Assembly (NCBI GenBank): GCA_043228905.1
Contig: JBHGNT010000003.1
Span: 19,964,001-20,028,000, forward strand
Source: Azolla caroliniana
Taxonomy: Eukaryota; Plantae; Polypodiophyta
DNA length: 64,000 nt
Reading direction: 5' to 3'
Shown here: piece by piece, positions 1 to 13,235 of the stretch
Position numbering within the stretch: the stretch's first letter is position 1
Layout of the letters: each line of letters opens with the position of its first letter
Made by a program: the position numbers and the translations under genes
The notes under the pieces: model-generated
The model's input: the letters and a program-made list of their open reading frames with translations, nothing else
What the model was told of the DNA's origin: nothing
Database searches by the model: none

Positions 1-2262
1 TGTTTTCCCCATGATTGTACATATTTTAGATCAGGACGAGATTGAGAAAGGTCAAGGGCCCATAGGTGTTGTTTGTGCTCCAACAAGGGAGTTGGCCCAG
101 CAGATATATACGGAGACTAAAAAGTTCACAAAACCTTATGGTATAAGAGTATCAGGTATCTTTGGAGGAATGTCAAAATTTGAACAATTCAAAGAGGTTA
201 AAGCTGGATGTGAAATTGTGATAGCAACTCCAGGCAGACTAATAGATATGATCAAAATGAAGGCCTTGACAATGCTAAAAGCTACTTATCTTGTTTTGGA
301 TGAGGCCGATAGGATGTTTGATCTGGGTTTTGAGCCACAAATCAGGTCTATTGTGGGCCAGATCAGGCCTGACAGGCAGACTTTATTATTCTCAGCTACA
401 ATGCCGAGGAAAGTTGAACGGCTGGCACGAGAGGTGCTGTCAGATCCTGTGAGAATTACTGTTGGAGAAGTGGGCAGTGCTAATGAGGACATAACTCAGG
501 TTGTTGCAGTGTTGCCTTCAGACGAAGAAAAGCTTCCATGGCTTCTTAATCGGCTCCCAGAGCTTGTGGATGAAGGTGATGTTCTAGTATTTGCAGCAAC
601 AAAAGTCAAGGTTGAAGAGATCGAGAACCGGTTACGTGAAAAAGGATTCAAGGTTGCTGCATTGCATGGAGATAAGGACCAAGCTTCACGAATGGATGTA
701 TTACAAAAGTTCAAATCTGGAGTCTATCATGTCTTGGTGGCAACTGATGTCGCTGCCCGTGGTCTTGACATCAAATCGATAAAAGCTGTTGTCAACTTTG
801 ATATTGCAAAAGACATGGATAGTCATGTGCATAGAATTGGTAGGACAGGTAGAGCGGGTGATAAAGAAGGTGTTGCATATACGTTAATTACACAGAAGGA
901 GGCTCGATTTGCTGGAGAACTTGTTAACAGCTTGATTGCAGCTGGCCAAAATGTACCTACGGAGCTTGCTGACCTTGCAATGAAGGTTAGTTTTCCTTTT
1001 TTCTGTATGGACTATTTATCATAAAGGTGTAATTTATTAATGTTAAATATCTAGAATGAAATAATTCTAGTGTGAAGGAGGATAGAAGCATACATACTGT
1101 ATTTTTAATGTTTTTCTTGTTTATTAAATGCATTCTGTGTTGTATTTTTGAAAATAATTTCTTAATTTTTTTGACAGGATTCCTCTTGATTTGTAAGCCT
1201 ATAATTTTCAAGAGGTTCAAAATATTTGTCCTCTGGAGTCAATATTCAAGTTTTTAATGACAATTTAGTCCTCTCTGTCGTAGCATTTTAATTGAAAATT
1301 TTGAGTAGAAATTCATGGAAGTATGTAGTCTCCTATAATGCTAATCACTCTTATCCTTGTGAAGCAGCAAGCTTTGATATTTGCAAACTTGGTGTGTTAT
1401 GTCAATTGAGCAACTTATTTTCTTTTGTGTTGGATTAGAAAGATTAAAAAGTTTTTTAGGTTCACAAAAGTGAATTTCCATGATGGAACTTGGCATTAAT
1501 AACTGGTGTTTTTAATTGTCTGTTGCAGGATGGTAGATTTAGGGCCCGGCGTGAAGAGAGAAGTGGTAGAGATGCCCTTGTGCTATGTTATTTTCAGTCT
1601 GCAATTTTATGATTTTCCGATGAGCTAGATTTCTGAAGTTGTTGTGTACATGCAGGTGGAAGAAAAGGTGGGGGGAAGGGAAAGAATAAGAGTGGTGGCA
1701 GGAAGGGTGTTCGGGGTGTAGATTTTGGATTGGGATTGGGGTATAAACCCGATTCCGATACCATCAAAGCACCTCCCCACAAAGTTCCGCAAGTGAACAA
1801 GAAAGTCGAGATACCCAATCGTAGTGTTGCTGTCGATGCTTTGAAAAGTGGCATGATGGCTCGTTTTAAGAATAGCTTTGTTGCAGCTTCTTCTGGGGGT
1901 ACTACAGGATCCACATTTACGTCCTCTCCTGGGCAGCAAGTTGGCCAAAATGCTGCTCAAACTCGAAGTTCAGGGGGGATTGGATATGGAAATGGCAAAG
2001 GGCAGACTTTGAGTGGATTTGTGTCAGGAGGGTCAATAGGTGGTGGCATGCCTCAAAGCCAAACGAAAGGAAGTGCTGCAAGTAATTTGTGTGATGATTC
2101 TACAGCTGGGTATGGCGTTTAACTTCTTTTTCTATATCTGCAGGTCCATGCTTTCATGATGGATGACTATGATGTGTTTTTTCCCCATGATTGACTCGTA
2201 ATCTGTTTTCTCACAGAGAGCGTCCACGGAATAGACGAAGGCCGTCAGCATGGGATAGATGA
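1..2262 (+). CDS. RH24: DEAD-box ATP-dependent RNA helicase, RH24/DDX42-like, 3' portion (5' end outside window)
   Basis: Motifs PTRELA, TPGRL, DEAD, SAT, ARGLD and HRIGRTGRAG are present. Predicted GT-AG exons: <1-985, 1529-1565, 1656-2109, 2217-2262. These join in frame: ...LAMK|DGRFRARREERS|GGRKGG..GVRGVDFGLGLGY..|ERPRNRRRPSAWDR*. The GVDFGLG motif and the W-D C-terminus match the RH24/DDX42 family. Confidence 0.92.
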
Positions 2263-4871
2263 TTAAAGGAAATGGAACCTTATGTATTTCGGGTGCATTA
2301 AGATGCAATGTACATTACCAAAAATCTAGAAGTTACTTTTTTATGTTTCCTCTTGTCTGTGCTCTTCGAATTCAATGAAAGATTCTATGCCAAATTTCTC
2401 TGGTTTCTGGTTGAAGATTCGCTACTCTGAAGACTGGTAACCAAAATTTGTCATGATGTTTAAAATTGGAGCAATGTTTCTGGACTTCAGCATGGCATGG
2501 GTGTGCTATTATCCAGCCTCATCAGTATGGTTTCACAAGAGAGGGACAAATGGGGACTGTTGTTCAAATGGTTTCATATCATGGAGGTCAACGTGCAAGA
2601 TCACTGCCCTATTTCTTATTATTTGAGTGGGATGTTATGTGAGATGTAAGGATGTCTTAAGCTTTTTATCTGAGATGGACAATTTGAAAGAAGGTAAATT
2701 CAGAATGTTAGACAGTTTCAAATGATAAATTGTTGTACCTTTACAGGAGGAATTCATAAAGAGTATATAGCGTTGACCAATGTGTTTTACAATAGTCTTT
2801 CTGCTTTTAAGTAATTTGACTGAAAAAGAGATCAAAGCAGACACGATTTAAGATATATATAAAGATGAGCCAGCAATAACTCTGTAAACTATTTTGTATT
2901 TTTTGGCATTTTTGATGATGAATGTGATGCTTTTGTTTCACAATGATTAGCCTTTTTATATTGACTCTGTAGATTTCTTAATTGTATCGATCTATTCTTT
3001 TGATTTACTTGATAGTGAAGAGGTTATGTTTTGTTTTGAAGCTAAAAGCAATTATTTTCAAATTTTGTGGTATTATAAAACTACATGATTGGAAAGAATC
3101 TACAAGATAATTATAATATTTCAAGAATGTATTGAAGCTTCTTTTGGGTGATTGACAGTCACAAGGATTGGCTATGTGAAAAATGTTGTGTGAAGCATAC
3201 ATTCAATTATAATAGTATAAACTAAATGAATGAATTATTAAGATTTGTAAATACAAGCTTGAAATTAATCAAGTTGAGCAAGAAGATCGCCAATTTTATA
3301 TTCTATGAAACTGATTTTCTAAGAAAGTAATGTCAGGAGTTTGTCATAATAATGGGGTAATACACAATAATAAATTAGGAGTGTGCTCTTTGAACATTGT
3401 ATATTAATTTGATATTCATTTGAACAATCAGTTTAATTGTATGTTACAATATTTGTTTGAAGTGGGGATAATGCCACGAGGGATGAACTCTCAATAGAGT
3501 TATAAGCAATGTTGAGAGATGCACATATGGAACCGCCATAAACTCCACTTATGCGAAACCTAGACATTAAAATATGAGTGGTTCCACTCTTTAAACCAGA
3601 AACATACATTTGAGTAAGAAGGTTTAGCTCTAGAGTCATGTATTGTAGTTGTGTTTGAACATGTGCTCACACTTCACTACTAGAAACATATTACCTTAGT
3701 GGCACAAGCTTCTACATTGAAGGACATCTATGAAGCACCACATGCATCATGTGATGCCTCAAAAATATTGAAATGAGTTGGAATTTGAGCCACCCTTTGA
3801 TGTGATTTCTCTTTAAATGTTGATTCTTTGTCCCCATCATCTCCCATGCTCTTGCCATTGCCACCACCACCATCATAGCTATTGCCTTCCAATCATAATT
3901 GAATTCTATAGAGAGTTATGTACAGAGAGGTTGCATACAGTAAGCGGTAGATATATATGTAGAGTTTATTATCCTCATTGGAGATCAAATTGGAGGCCAA
4001 AAGTGAAAGACTTTTGGGCACTATGTGTGTTATTGAGCAATGACTCTTAACGTTTAAGAATTGAGAATGTACATTGCAATTGAGAATGCATATTGTGACT
4101 TTGTGGGATTGGACTAGATTGACTATGTTCACCTTTTTTAGGGAAATACATGCTTAGTTGACAAGTCTCCTTATTGTGCCCTATTCCCTATCTTGCATTG
4201 CAATCATAGACAAAGGGGTGGGTGGGTTCTAAGAACTCATAACGGTAAATAACTTTTGTCATTTGATGAAGAATATGTTTTTTTGTAGTTTGGTGCTACA
4301 TATGTAATATAGTGTACGAAACTTGAACCTCACTCATATATTTCCCTAAGGCATGGTACATGGATGTTGCAAAGAAGTATCATTCATGGAGGAATTTATT
4401 GATGTAAGTGTAAGATATGCCATGCCATCTTCCATTTCTTTGCCACCAATAAGCTCACATACATATTACACTTTATGGTTGGTGATTGAAGATAGGTCGG
4501 ATAAATACAAATATTAGAGCACAAGCTTCTTGTGTGTGTAGGTGGAAATACCTTGTCTAATGGTGTGCACTTCGTTCCTCAATGAGCATGATGGCACACG
4601 CATGCCACCTAAAGCCATTCTTGTCCCGTCATGCTAGTTAGTTCATGTTGACCAAAGCCCCTTGTCGATCAACATGTGGGGTTAGATATTGGTGTGACAT
4701 CTAGATCGAACAATTGAATCAACCTAAAGTGTGGCAAAACTATAGGTTGATCGTGCATCTATTATATTACTTGTCCACCTTTTAATTTGTTTTACCTTCT
4801 TCCTCTCCAATTGGAGTAATGTGATGGAAGTTTTTTATTTCAGACATGTACCCAACAAACCTTTTGCACGG

Positions 4872-5717
4872 TGTCGCAGAAATCCGCATGTACGTGTTGG
4901 CTTGGGCGGGACCACGGGGGTCTTGGACTAGGGAATAGACGGGAAATGGGAGCTTATCCCTTACGGCCTTCGAGCTCAAAAGGGGAGGAGAAAGAAGAAG
5001 AGATTAACACGATAGAGAAATAGATCAAGACAAGGTTAAACAAGCAAATTACACTATAAGGCATGGAAGCCATGATATGATTACAACCGCGACCATAAGC
5101 TAGACTCAAGCACAAATAGAAGAAAACCTAAGTTAATAGGAAGAAGAACTAAACCCTAATCGAGAGAAGGGAAATGATACGAAAGGGGAACCTAAAACCA
5201 AAACCCTAAAATGAAATTGGGGAAAAGATGATGAAGAAAATCCTAACGGTCTACCTCTAACGACAAAATGGCGACTCCCCAAAGAAAACCCAAAAGTGGA
5301 AACCCTTAAAAAATGACCCCTCACTCCCTTTTACCCTAGTAAGGGGTGAGGCACATTACATAAAGAAGAGGCCAACCCCCCCCCCTTCTTTCAATGGGGG
5401 GAATATTTGGCCTTGAACTTAGGAGGAGAGATTGATGGAGCCTTAATTCCCTCTCCTCACACACACACTATGCCCACTACTCACTACACCCGTACTTCAT
5501 GTACTCTCCCTTTAGTCTACATGTGCATGTGCACATAAGTGCACATCACATTTACACTTTATGAATTTTCGTAGTGCACTTTTAACACCTTACATTTACC
5601 CTTCCTTTTTTACATTTGTTTCTTTTACAAATCTTCCAAGTGCATGTGCAATGTTGCACATCCCCATTTTATCCATCCTACTTGGTTTTCTCACCATGGC
5701 CGAAAATCCTCACGACA
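4872..5717 (-). mobile_element. Solo LTR (846 bp), TGTCGTGA...GCGACA family, probably Ty3/Gypsy
   Basis: Termini are TGTCG/CGACA. The 3' end GTCCAAGACCCCCGTGGTCC is shared with the element at 18673-19373. Flanks are acgg/acgc (4-bp TSD, one mismatch). No internal ORF. Confidence 0.75.
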
Positions 5718-6473
5718 ACGCATCAATGAGAGAAAAAGAGAGAGTACAATTTCAATCACAATACTTTTGTATAGATTCAATGTCAATTGCAATTTTCTTG
5801 TACTAATTTCAATTTGGGAAAGTTATGCCTAATTTTGCTATATCTTGAAACACCCAATTTATCTAGATGTAGGTAATAGAAACATCATCACCAACTAACT
5901 TCCTAGATGACTTACACGTTTACTATGTAATTGCTGAATTGGATAACCAAGCACATGAGCATCAATGGGAGAGAAATGATGCAAAGACAAGTAGTAGCAA
6001 TAAAAACAATTGAGAGTATAAAGAAGGGTATACATGATGTTGGGAAAGGGATGAAAGAGCATTGAAATACCAATTGACAAGCAATCACAATGAAATTAGA
6101 TCATTTATCTTTTCCCTTATCGTTCATTAATATGGGAATGTGCAAACATAACAACTCCCAAGAACATCTAGGGGTATACCAGTTCAACAAATGAACTTAA
6201 AGTGAACGTCTTGTGGTCACCAATAACAAGGTCAATACTAGCTAATATATTAATAATACGATGGAACACCTAACCATATGGCATAAAGTTTATGTTTTAC
6301 TTTGGATTAAATTGAGAAACCAATATCTCCAAAACTAGAAGGAAATGATAATCAAAATTGGTAGATGTATGGATCCTCAATCTCACTATGCTTCTTTGCG
6401 TTTGGAGCTCATTTTTCTCCTACCTACTCTCTATTGTACTTCCACCCAAACCCTACAACTATGTAATTTAAAG

Positions 6474-6675
6474 AACCAATAAAGAGGTAAATTTATAACT
6501 TATAGTCAAGCATCATAAGCAAAACGTATACAACCAATCTCAAAGGCAAGATATATTGGATGAAGTATATTGTCAATTAAAACTTAACCAATAAAGAGGT
6601 AAAGTTATAATATATAGGCATACATCATTAGCAAAAGGTGTACAATTAATCTAAGAGGCAAGATATATTGGATGT
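6474..6675. repeat. Diverged tandem duplication, ~112-bp unit x2
   Basis: AACCAATAAAGAGGTAAA...GGCAAGATATATTGGATG occurs at ~6474 and ~6586. Confidence 0.7.
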
Positions 6676-7401
6676 AAGTACTTGAAGATGGTCAATTATG
6701 GCATTCCAAGGTATGCAACATTAATGGAGCATGACGTTGTGGTTCAAAGTAGTTCAAAGTGCTTATGAGGTAATATGCATCACAATGCAAGAGAACTTGT
6801 GATCATTTAAGTTAAAGCACAGACCATATTCCTTAGCTTGTGATTGTTAAGGGAACATGATATTTGTAATTCTAAGTAATTATGAGGCAATGAGCATAAC
6901 AATGCAAGCCAAGACAATATTTATGCGGCAATGAGCATAACAATGCAAGCCAACCTGAGATCCTTCAAGTTTAAGCACATAAACAAATTCCTCAGCTTGT
7001 GTTCATTTAATATTATACTAAGCATATAACAAATTCCCTAGCTTGTGAACATCATTGTGAAAGCTCTAAACATCACAATCCAAGCTCTTAAGGAGTACAC
7101 ACTATTATTCATTAAACTACCCATAGAGAGATCCACTGCTAAAGAGGTATGCATCATTTATCATCATCATCGATGTCATAATTTTAGTGTAGCTCATTAG
7201 ATAATCTATGAGTTTCAATAAAACTCAAAATTGACTAAGCAATAAATGCTTCATGGCTTCCATTTTAGCCAACTTTCAAAAGAATAGTTTTAAGATGCAT
7301 GCGCTTTTATATAAACATTTGGGAAGTTTGAATAATGTGCACAAGCCAATTTCCACTTTTCCACAAACTTGTAAAATTAAGAGAAGCATTACAATCATCA
7401 C

Positions 7402-7533
7402 AATCAACAGAAAAAAATTGACACTTTACTTTTAATCAAAAGTCTGCCCAAATATCAATCAACAGAAAAAAATTGACACTTTACTTTTAATCATTGACAC
7501 TTTACTTTTAATCAAAAGTCTGCCCAAATATCA
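7402..7533. repeat. Short interleaved tandem duplications (TTGACACTTTACTTTTAATCA x3)
   Basis: Direct repeats of AATCAACAGAAAAAAATTGACACTTTACTTTTAATCA and AAAGTCTGCCCAAATATC. Confidence 0.75.
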
Positions 7534-7878
7534 TTCATACACAACTCTCTTGCTCCCCTAACTTGGGAAATTTAGAGAAAGCAAGGGCAAAAAAACAAAA
7601 GCATTTTTAGTATAGTATTACCTCCCACTTCTTGGTGTTTTACGATGTCCATTTCAAAGATCTCTCCGTCGTCGAGGAAGGAACCATATAGCATATATTA
7701 TATTATATATGCTACCTCACATGTTAAAAGCAAGCACTATCCTTCTCCAACCTTCCTTCGAACTTTCACTATCCGAAGATTATATACTCTAAAGTGTAGC
7801 CTCTTTAGACCAGAGTCTTGCAACATTACCATCCTCCTCCTCATTTAGGCTTGGTAGCAAGAGATATTATCCATGGCT

Positions 7879-8400
7879 CTAGATTTTGTATTGAGAATAA
7901 GCTCCCAAGGGTGTGGTAGCTCCATAGCCAGATGGAGACGGAGGCAACTCCATACACGACGAAGATTCGTTTACTCCATATAAATGGGGAAGTGGGAGGA
8001 CCAAATCTGATTGTTCCTTCTTGCCGATCTGCAAAGAAAGTGGGAGTGGTTCCCCACGGATAGACCCTTTATGATCACCTTCGATCTCTCTATATCTCTT
8101 GAGATAAATCCCTAGGGGTTCAACATAATCATCAAACCCTAATTTGAGGGCCGCCCAAAGTATGTCGTCAGCTGTGATGGTCTTGCGTTGCTCTCGCTGG
8201 CACTTGTCATTGGCTTCACTAGTTACAAAGCTAATGAACTCCGAGACACATTGCTGAATGGTTTCTTTTGCATCATCGGCAATTTTGGCGTGCATTGGAA
8301 GCACTCTCCTCATGATTCGGATTATATTCGCAACTGGCATCAGCCAATCTTGGCCCCTCTTAAGATGGCTCACAGTGCTTACTGGCATATTGTATTCCAT
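7879..8400 (-). CDS. LEC1: Nuclear transcription factor Y subunit B, LEC1-type (HAP3)
   Basis: Histone-fold B domain [63 protein letters not shown]. It has LEC1-type residues: DDAKE (non-LEC1 KDAKE), [13 protein letters not shown] putative acceptor TTTCAG at ~8420-8415 suggests upstream exon(s). Confidence 0.88.
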   Translation of the reverse strand: MEYNMPVSTVSHLKRGQDWLMPVANIIRIMRRVLPMHAKIADDAKETIQQCVSEFISFVTSEANDKCQREQRKTITADDILWAALKLGFDDYVEPLGIYLKRYREIEGDHKGSIRGEPLPLSLQIGKKEQSDLVLPLPHLYGVNESSSCMELPPSPSGYGATTPLGAYSQYKI

Positions 8401-8472
8401 TAATTCTGCATAGTCTGAAATTCACACACACTCAGATTCCATCAAAAGTTCCTTGATTCTTTTTTATCGAGT

Positions 8473-8670
8473 TTCAAGGTTACATGATGTACATTTAATG
8501 CATAGTGATCTGTCAAGGTTCCATTATAATGCATGTAAATGCATATAGTGTTCCATCAAGAATCCATGATAGCATAGATACACATAGTTTTTCATCAAGG
8601 CTACATGATGCATGTAAACACATATTGTTCCATCAAGGCTCCATGATGTATATAAACACACACAATGGTC
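8473..8670. repeat. Degenerate ~39-bp minisatellite (CATCAAGGCT.CATGATGCATGTAAACACATA) x~5, in the putative NF-YB intron or leader
   Basis: TCAAGG...CATGAT motif recurs at ~8473, 8513, 8554, 8594 and 8631. Confidence 0.6.
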
Positions 8671-8726
8671 GGGCTCAAAAATTCGTGCATTTAACATAGT
8701 TTTTCATGACCGAATAATTCAGATAT

Positions 8727-8899
8727 TTATCAGATCCAAACAACTTCATCAAATGTAGGAGCTTAGATCAAAGTTCGTTACAAAGAAATCAAGAGCTGTT
8801 GCTATTATTCTTATAATTATCAGATCCAAACAACTTCATCAAATGTAGGAGCTTAAATCAAAGTTCGTTACAAAGAAATCAAGAGCTGTTGCTATTATT
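8727..8899. repeat. Near-perfect 90-bp tandem duplication
   Basis: TTATCAGATCCAAACAACTTCATC...GCTATTATT occurs at 8727 and 8817. Confidence 0.9.
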
Positions 8900-9632
8900 A
8901 TCGGAGGTCATGATGTGTCACTTGCATGATCTCTTTTCTTTACAAGATGTAAAAACAGAATTAATGGAGGAAACCTTCACAGTAGGCTAAACCCTGAAAC
9001 CCAGGAATACTGAAAACCCTAATATCCACAACACATGAACACCTTAATATCCAGAAAGTTGGATAAACAGATGAAAACCCCAAAATAAACACATAGAAGA
9101 AAAGCCTAAACTAAACAACACCCAGATGAAAAGCTTACAGATCAATCAATCACCCATTACCTAAAGAATGGGAGATGAATAGAACGATGAATATAGACAG
9201 TAAACCCATAACATACAAAAAGACAGAAAATTCAAAAAGCCCTGAAGGAAATCCAAAGGGAATGATAGAGAAACCCTAGAGAGGAATCGAAAGGGAGATA
9301 AAACCCCTATTAAATTTTCAAAAAGATGCAGAGACAGAAGAAAACCTGGAAGGTCGAAACAGGAACCCGAGGAAAGAGCAAGAAGGGAGAGTGTTAAAGA
9401 AGAGAACAGATGAGATGAGTGAAAAACACACAGAGATATATATAGAGAAAGAAGGCGATTACTGCTGCTCATGGTTGAAATGGACGACGATCTGATGTAG
9501 AAATGGACGACGATCTGATCTGTACAGTAAGCAGGAGACCGGAATGAAAGAGGCGGCCATAATATTAGAGGTCAGAAGCTTCCATGATCTATCTTCTATC
9601 TGTAAGCGTGAGGAGGAAAAACGAAGGAGAAG

Positions 9633-9635
<3 letters not shown>

Positions 9636-9669
<34 letters not shown>

Positions 9670-9820
9670 AATCACTGTGAGTGTGAGTGTCTCTCTGTCT
9701 CTCACTCTCTATGCATGCCACTTGTACACCATGTAAACTCATCTCTCTCTCTCTCTTGAAACACCATGTAAACTAGTCTCTCTCTCTCTCACTTGAATCA
9801 CACACACACATACACACACA

Positions 9821-9858
<38 letters not shown>

Positions 9859-9897
9859 AAACACCATGTAAACTAGTCTCTCTCTCTCTCACTTGAA

Positions 9898-9960
<63 letters not shown>

Positions 9961-10000
9961 AAACACCATGTAAACTACTCTCTCTCTCTCTCTCTCTCTC
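9636..10000. repeat. Higher-order compound microsatellite: (CT)n-TGAAACACCATGTAAACTAG-(TC)n-ACTTGAATCA-(CA)n units
   Basis: The spacer TGAAACACCATGTAAACT recurs at ~9757, 9857 and 9959, and a related unit lies at 13206-13292. Confidence 0.9.
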
Positions 10001-10001
10001 G

Positions 10002-10402
10002 AGTCGGTAAAAGCACACAATTATATTAATTGTAGGTAAAATCCACTTAGTTACAACACTTCTTAGTCTCCTCGGTAACTATCATATACCTATGTAGGGA
10101 GAGAGTTAACCAAGTGGCATCCTTTGAAAGCCTTTGTAGTAGAGAGTGCAACGCTTTGTTGCAACCTTGAACACCATGAAATAGCTCCCCTTGCAAGAGT
10201 ATAGATATAGACATAAGTAGATTTTCTTGTCTATATCTCGAGCCATATCAGAATCACAATAGCCATGAAGATTCAAGTTTCGTTTGCCATAACAAATGAT
10301 TTTTTCTTGGTGCCTTTGGGATATCTAATGATACACTTGATTGCAGCTCAATGGCTTTGTCTAGGTTGACTCATGAATCTGCTTACTACTCCTACTACAC
10401 AT

Positions 10403-10404
<2 letters not shown>
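10002..10404 (-). mobile_element. Short non-LTR retroelement fragment sharing its 3'-terminal ~95 bp with the adjacent L1 LINE
   Basis: 10006-10098 closely matches 10472-10562 (GGTAAAAGCACACAATTATATTAATTG...CCTATGTAGG). The rest is unrelated. (CT)n lies on both sides. Confidence 0.6.
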
Positions 10405-10470
<66 letters not shown>

Positions 10471-10473
<3 letters not shown>

Positions 10474-13202
10474 TAAAAGCACACAATTATATTAATTGCA
10501 TGTAAAATCCACTTAGTTACAACACTTCTTAGTCTCCTCTACCTATCATATGCCTATGTAGGAAAAAGGGACATTCTATAATGCTATTAAAAAACCTGAA
10601 TATGCATTTGAGGAAATGATCCCCACATACTTTAACATCCAAAAATTCCACATGAGAATACCTTTAAGATTCTTTATATAGGCTTTCACCCCGTGTCTAT
10701 TATCAAACATGAAAGCATTACGCATATTCCAATTGTGTTGTAGACCCCAATAATGTAAAAATTGGAACAATATCTCCATCTCATCATTTGATCTATTTTG
10801 AACATATTGAGAAAAAACCCATTGTTGAGGTCTCAAACAACAACGGGTTAAAACTTGACAAATATCCGATAAGTACTTCCAAATGGTACACGCTATAGGA
10901 CATTTAATGAACCCATGTGTAGTATCCTCCAATGGAATGATGCAAAAGAAACAAGTGCCAGACCCTAGTCCTCGTCTCTTTAAGGCCGAACCTAATGGGA
11001 GCCCACTAATCATGACTCTCCATATGAATACCTTTGCATGAAATGGTAGATGGGAATGCCAACCATGTTGTAATATTTTCCACCACCTTGCATCTGACTT
11101 ATATACATTCCACACCTTCGTTGCTTTAGGAAATAGCCAAGATAATGATGTCATCGCATGATGGTACAATATATTTATAGTGACCTATAACAAGTGTGTA
11201 CCATCTTGTAACCGCCAATCTACCCAAGGTGCAAATTTGGTTTTAAATGGCAAAGATCCTTGCAACAATGGTATATCATGTAATTTCTCCCAAATAAATC
11301 CATAATTTGGGGGAATACATAACCATCTCTTGGCATCTTCAAAATCCGACAACCTTTGAGATTCATTATCAACCACATCTTCCAAATGTACAATCCCCAA
11401 TCGAAATAAACGATTAAATTGAGATCTCAACTTCTCTTTCCCATGCCAAAACAACACTCGAGAAGAAATAAGCAATTCATTTTGTAATGAATTACAATAT
11501 TCTTGATCATTTGATGGTCCCCATTCAAAAAGAGATAATGCATCTTGCCATGAGCTTACCAAATGTTGTCCACATACAGAATGTCGAATCTTTAGAGGAA
11601 TACTTCCATTAAGTAGTGAGCACCATGATGCTTGAATCTTTGTTTTCCCATGCACCAATCCTTCATGCTCAATAAAATATTGCATCATAGATATCCATGG
11701 TTGATCTTGTTGACATATATCTCGTAATAATGTAAATCTACGAGCCATCAAATGTAAATCTACGAGCCTTTCCAAATCCAATATTGCTGCACCACCTAAC
11801 CTTTTAGGAGTAGCCAAATGGTCCCATGAAATCCATGTAACTCCCATAATTTCTCCCTTCCGCCACAACATGAACCGAATAGGTTGTAACATGCTTTGTA
11901 ATGCCTTCTTAGTCCAAGGAAGTAAAGGAAAAAAATATAATAACACGGGTATCAAGATACATTGCACCACTTTGAGTCGTCCATGAAAGGGCCATAATTG
12001 AGAATTCTAATACATAAATTTGTCCCTCAATTTACTACCAATCCAATCAATCAATTGAACATTTGTAACATCAATGCCCAATGTATAACCCAAATGTCGA
12101 TAAATTGAACCTCATGTAATCACTGACCCTCACCATCCCAAACATTCCAAATCACTCTCCGTACAAGAAATAAGGCGAGACTTCCTCCAATTTATATACA
12201 ACCTTGAAGTCAAAGCAAATTGATCCCAAACTTGCATACTCCTTTTAAGATTTTCTTTTGAGGCTTGTAAAAACATAAAAGAATCATCTGTCAATGCTTG
12301 TGCCACCAATTGTCCACCAGAAGGAAGATGCAAACCCACAATATCACCACTAGCCGCAAGATTTAACAACATTACTAACAAAGGATGTGTAACAATAGCA
12401 AATAACAATGGGCTTAGTGGACATCCTTGCCGAATGGATCTAGTAAGAAACACTTTCGGAGTGACTCCGCCATTAAGCATCACACGGGAGGTTGCATTTT
12501 TCCCTAGCAAAAAGATAAGTCGATACATACGAGGACCAAACTCCATATTATACACCACACCTGAGAGGAAAGACCAATTAATATGATCAGATGCTTTTTC
12601 CAAATCTAATTGCACCATAACCATTTCTTGATGTGTGTGTCGAGCATAATCGGTTGCCATATTTCTACCTATAATAAAACCATATTGAGATGGATGAATA
12701 AGTTGAGGTAAGAACTTCTTAAGTGAGTTGGATAATATCTTTGCAAATACTTTGCACAACCCTCCCATCAATGAAATAGGTCTCCATTGATGAAATGACT
12801 CTGGAGATGGTGCCTTTGGTATCAATTTGGTTAAGCCCACCTTCTAGCTCTCAGGCATGAAACCAGAATCCCGACATTGTTGAAACCTTTGTGTGAATGG
12901 ACTCTTAAGCATGCTAGCATACTTCTTAAAAACTTCATTTGTAACACCATCCCAGCTAGGGCTTTTACCATTTGGAAGGTGTAACAATACCTTTTCCACC
13001 TCAGCTTCTTTAAAATTAGCATCCAATTCTTGACAAATATTTGTATTCACGGCACTCCCAATTACATTATAAAACTCTTGTCGTGCTTTCAAGACATCCT
13101 CATTAATAATCAACTCTGGCCCAATCAAATTTTTAAAATGAGTAATACATAACTCAATAACCTTGACCGGGTCTACAACAATGTCATCCCCAATCTTAAT
13201 TG

Positions 13203-13204
<2 letters not shown>
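10471..13204 (-). mobile_element. 5'-truncated, degenerate L1-clade LINE (RT plus zf-RVT), copy 1
   Basis: Fragmented ORF2: LPNGKSPSWDG, WRPISL, LDLEKASDHINW, RQGCPLSPLLF, TDDS, PKRLGG, and C-terminal CFFC..EDTTHGFIKC. Stops and frameshifts. Flanked by (CT)n at both ends. Confidence 0.9.

Positions 13205-13235
<31 letters not shown>

Noticed and set aside
3300-4800. Possible decayed Gypsy gag remnant (PKAWYMDVAKKYHSW at ~4345)
   Set aside because: It rests on a single weak motif, with no boundaries or ORF to support a call.
9161-9472. 103-aa ORF upstream of NF-YB
   Set aside because: It is a low-complexity L/S/F-rich translation of a CT-rich leader or intron and is probably non-coding.
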